A DNA stretch of 64,000 nt from Bugula neritina. Taxonomy: Eukaryota; Animalia; Bryozoa. The notes beneath the pieces were generated by a model, which did no database searches, had not been told where the DNA came from, and saw nothing but the letters and a program-made list of their open reading frames with translations. Position numbers and translations under genes: made by a program. The stretch is from the NCBI GenBank assembly GCA_964035545.1, contig OZ037769.1, positions 6,925,929 to 6,989,928 on the forward strand. The letters are read 5' to 3'. Every line of letters begins with the position of its first letter. Position 1 is the stretch's first letter. Below are positions 60,310-64,000 of this stretch, in pieces.

Positions 60310-60950
60310 AGTTAGGCGACCCCATTAGACATAACTACTGATAGGGTCGCCAAACTTATTCGTGAGTTACCTAATGATATGTTCCCTTGCCCCAATGGCA
60401 TTAGAAAACCGGACTTGCTCATTGACATAGACACTACCGCTAAATCATTAGCTCTAATCTTCAGAACATTTTTAAAAACAGGTAAATTACCAAAGGATTG
60501 GCAAATACTGAAATAGCAAATGTTACTTCTATACATAAAGGTGGCAACGCCTCTATCCCCAATAACTACTGGCCAATATCTTCAACATATATTCCATGCA
60601 AGTTGATGGAATACATAGTCCTCCACTATCTGAATAAGACGCTTGAAAATGTGCTCCATCACCGACAACATGGTTTTAGAAGAGGACTGTTTTGTTCAAC
60701 TCAGCTGTTCTCTACGTACCATGATCTGGTGAAGGCTGCTAATGATGGACACACCACACATGCACTAGACATGGATTTTAGGAAAGCCTTCGGCTAAGTC
60801 CCACATTTATTGCTCCTTCAAAAGCTGAACAAAACACCAGGGGTAAATAAATACTTTGTGAACTGGATACATGATTTCTTGTCTGACAGGCAGCAAGCTG
60901 TAGTCCTTAAGGGCCACAGCTCCCAAAATCGATCAATCACCTCCGGTGTT
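60310..60950 (+). mobile_element. Degenerate LINE reverse-transcriptase fragment (CR1/L2-like)
   Basis: Frameshifted GKLPKDW...ANVTSIHKGG...NYWPISSTYIPCKLME...HRQHGFRRG...TQL...DFRKAFG*VPH..LLQKL...WIHDFLSDRQQ...ITSGV; truncated before PQG. Confidence 0.88.
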
Positions 60951-61137
60951 ACTGATAGTAATATAGTAATACGTAATAGTAATAATAATATACTATGTGC
61001 ATTGCATTACTAGTACTACTACTAATAACTATAAGTATAACTATTAGTATTAATAATAATAGTTATCGTATTAGTAATACTTATAGTAATACTAATACTA
61101 ATGGTAATATTAACTATGAACTAATATATTTTAGGTG

Positions 61138-64000
61138 TGGGTCATTTCGTACACAAGGCCAAGTCACTTCGTACCCACTTTCAGGTCGTTTCGTACACAT
61201 CAATATGAATTAACTAAAATACATACTTTTTTATATTTATTGGTTATTTGATGTATGAGTCATACAGTTCTGCCCACAGGTATTACTAACTTGCACCTTT
61301 CATTTCGCCGCATTCTTATTCAAATTGTGGTAGATTTGGGGATCTAGTCAATACTGTTTACACGAATGCCTTAGTTTTATTTACGTGAACGCCTTAGTTA
61401 TTTTTTTGTTCTTTTGTAAATCCGACTTCAGCTGGGTCCGACACCCCAAAATATTCGGGATGTCTGATTCGGAGGATTTGGACGCTCGAATGAGTTCAAT
61501 TAATTCATAATTTGTTATTAGTTATGATAATCATTTTATTATTAGTATGTACTTTAGTCTACCTTATAGTTTTACACATTTATAATTGATAAAGTAAGGT
61601 AAAGGCATATTATAACTAGCTATTACATGCATCATTCTAGCAAAATTTGCTGTCATTATCATGCTAACTCAAACCGTTGGTCATAATAAAAAAATAATAA
61701 TCAGAATATATGTGATAATTATAATGATTCTACATACTAGTTGGCGGTCCTGTTTATATGATTATAGCCAGTTATAAAATCAAATACTGGTGTTTATTCA
61801 TGGATATTAATATTTAATGTAATAAGCACATTAAGAATGTATTGTTGCTAATAATATAGTAGGCTATATAATTTGTTCTCACATTAATAACCAGTAGTGA
61901 TGGTAATTTGTTGGGGGAGCAGCCATGGCCTACCGGCCACAATAGCAAAAAAGTCCTTAGCCTACTTTGAAAAATTGGTTTCGTCAGCAGTTCTCACAGG
62001 AATGGTGACTATAAACGCACATGAAAATGATTTTCAGGTGATGGTAATTCAATACTAATGCCCTAAAGTATTTTTTATACCAACGCCAAGTCTAATATGT
62101 TGACTCAATATGATAGTGACAGTTTAATTCAAAAGTTAATAGTGATAATCAAGTCAGAGTTTGAATCAACTTATAGTTTCATCATATCATAAAGTATTTG
62201 GAATAATTGGTATCTTATAATCCAATAATCAAAATCAATTGCATGCTAGAAACTCGTCTGTTTGTTCCCTATTTCATCATGGTGAATTCGAATTATTTCA
62301 ATAAAAAAATGTTAGTGCCAATCTAGCTTGAATTAATAATGGAACAACATTGAATCATATTCCTTATTTCATCTGAAAAATACACATATTTTTTAGTTTT
62401 TTTTCCAATGCTTGATATCATATCAAATGCTTTAATTTTAAAAATAATTGTAGAATATATGTTTTATTGTAGTATGTTATTACATTGAGCTTATTAGTTC
62501 TTTCAATTCAGCGTTTGATGAAAACTGTTGATTTTACTGTAGCTTTATTAGAGGGTAAAATTGTCCCAGAGTGTATTAAGCAGTATTGTTTAGTCTTCTG
62601 TTTAGCTCTTTCATATAACAGAACTCATTTTTAGATGCAAACATTTATTTTGCCAAAATTTAGTAGGTATCAAGCTTTCTAATGTATGAAAGTGCTATAT
62701 AACAGAAAATTGTGAGCTAGAAAAGCAGTTTTTTTCAATTTTAGTTTTGCACCAGGCTTGCTATTACACTTAATTTAAATAGCAAATTCTATTTACTTGA
62801 TTAGGTGAGAAGTAATGTTACTAGATGATTAAAATCACCTTTTCTCTTAAAAGTGTTTTGCCATTCAAAATCTATTGTTTTCTTAATATCAATCCAATTT
62901 ATTTCTTAATTTAATGAAATTAATTTGATTAAAGTAAGCAATTTGTTTAAAAACTAGAGAAAGATAAGCTTTTATTTTGTTATTAGTTGAAACAAAGTTT
63001 CTTACAAAATTACAATATGCATATCAGTTTGAATTAGTTAACACATCAATGCAATGTTTGATTAATAAAAAATGGCTCTTTTTTCTAATGGAATTTATTG
63101 AAGAAATTTTAAACCTATGATGTGGTACTTGATGCAGTTGAAGATAGACACTTGTTGAGTCAGCACTGTAAAGGTGCAAGGGTTCCAAACAAACATATCT
63201 ACTCTGAGTTTTACAACTTGAAGCTTGTGAAAAAATGAATAGCATTTGTGGTTATTGTGGTAGTTGTCTGCCCTGATATGCATGTTAACAGGAGTTATCA
63301 CTTCACCTCCAACTCTAAGGCTTTTGGTTTCAAGTGAACTGGTTACTATGGATATGTCATGTTCTCGTAATATATTGATAAATGGCTATTCTTATGAATC
63401 ACGTCATGTTAGAGAAGCAATACGAGCTCTACCAATATTTATGCTGAATCAGTGGTTTGGTTAGTTCATTCAGCTGTGACTTCCATTCCGTAGTTATATT
63501 TTCTTATAAATAAAAAAGATTTATAGAAAGTCTGATTATATTCTTGTCTGAAGAACTGGCATAGTATTAAATTATAATACATTTTCTTTGTAAAGTCATG
63601 CAATTTAGGTAAGGATTTTCATTATAATGTAACTTTTATATGTTTTAATACATTGCATTTAACTCTAAAGTACCATTTCAATTTGAATATTTTGTTTTAC
63701 GTGCCATTTATATGCGTCACTTGAAACATTGCCTCTATTGCAAATGTTTCTTGTAGCCTATTATGTTCTTATTGCTATACAGTTTAGTTGTACTAGGCGA
63801 TGCTTTAATTGCACAGATACATGAGGGTAGAAACAATTATTGCGTCAACATAACATGTTTTTCAGCATGTACTATTTGCCATTTTAAATTATTAGTTGGA
63901 TATTTTATCCAGAAGTGGTAGCTATGAGTGAAACTAAACACTATACCAATTTGGTATCTGCCAATATTTATTTGCATTTATCGTTACTTTAGGTGAGTTT
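61138..64000 (+). mobile_element. Possible left end and decayed interior of a DNA transposon
   Basis: Three GTCRYTTCGTAC subterminal-type repeats at 61140-61197; weak, frameshifted OTU/vertnin-like trace (GSCLP*...LRLLVSSELV) at ~63255-63350. No right end in the window. Confidence 0.3.
61914..62016 (+). mobile_element. tRNA-derived SINE, internally deleted copy 5
   Basis: GGGAGCAGCCATGGCCTA head fused directly to the tail CACAATAGCAAAAAAGTCCTTAGCCT...TTCTCACAGGAATGGTGACTATAAAC. Confidence 0.7.

Overview
AT-rich, intron-containing animal (invertebrate) genomic DNA, not prokaryotic; most of the supplied ORFs are exon fragments or spurious. I reconstructed exon chains by hand for six genes: PMF1/Nnf1-like (-, 3' end outside window), LASP1 (+), a gustatory-receptor-like 7TM channel gene (-), synaptophysin/synaptoporin (-), PSMA5 (+) and NAMPT (-). 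There is also a probably decayed gene for a mucin-stalk single-pass membrane protein (-). Mobile DNA comprises an internally deleted Academ (XPG/Cys8-type) transposon with TIRs and a TAT TSD, a deleted pogo/Tigger-like element in the last intron of the GR-like gene, a hAT-type MITE, two other MITE types, a multi-copy tRNA-derived SINE, and two LINE fragments. Two patterns are not explained by these features. First, several unrelated intronic minisatellites stop within about 10-35 nt of a 3' splice site, and some are built from branch-point-like motifs. Second, triplet/hexamer-periodic low-complexity fields surround the 5' ends of the conserved genes. Coordinates were counted by hand and may be off by a few bases; no database searches were run.
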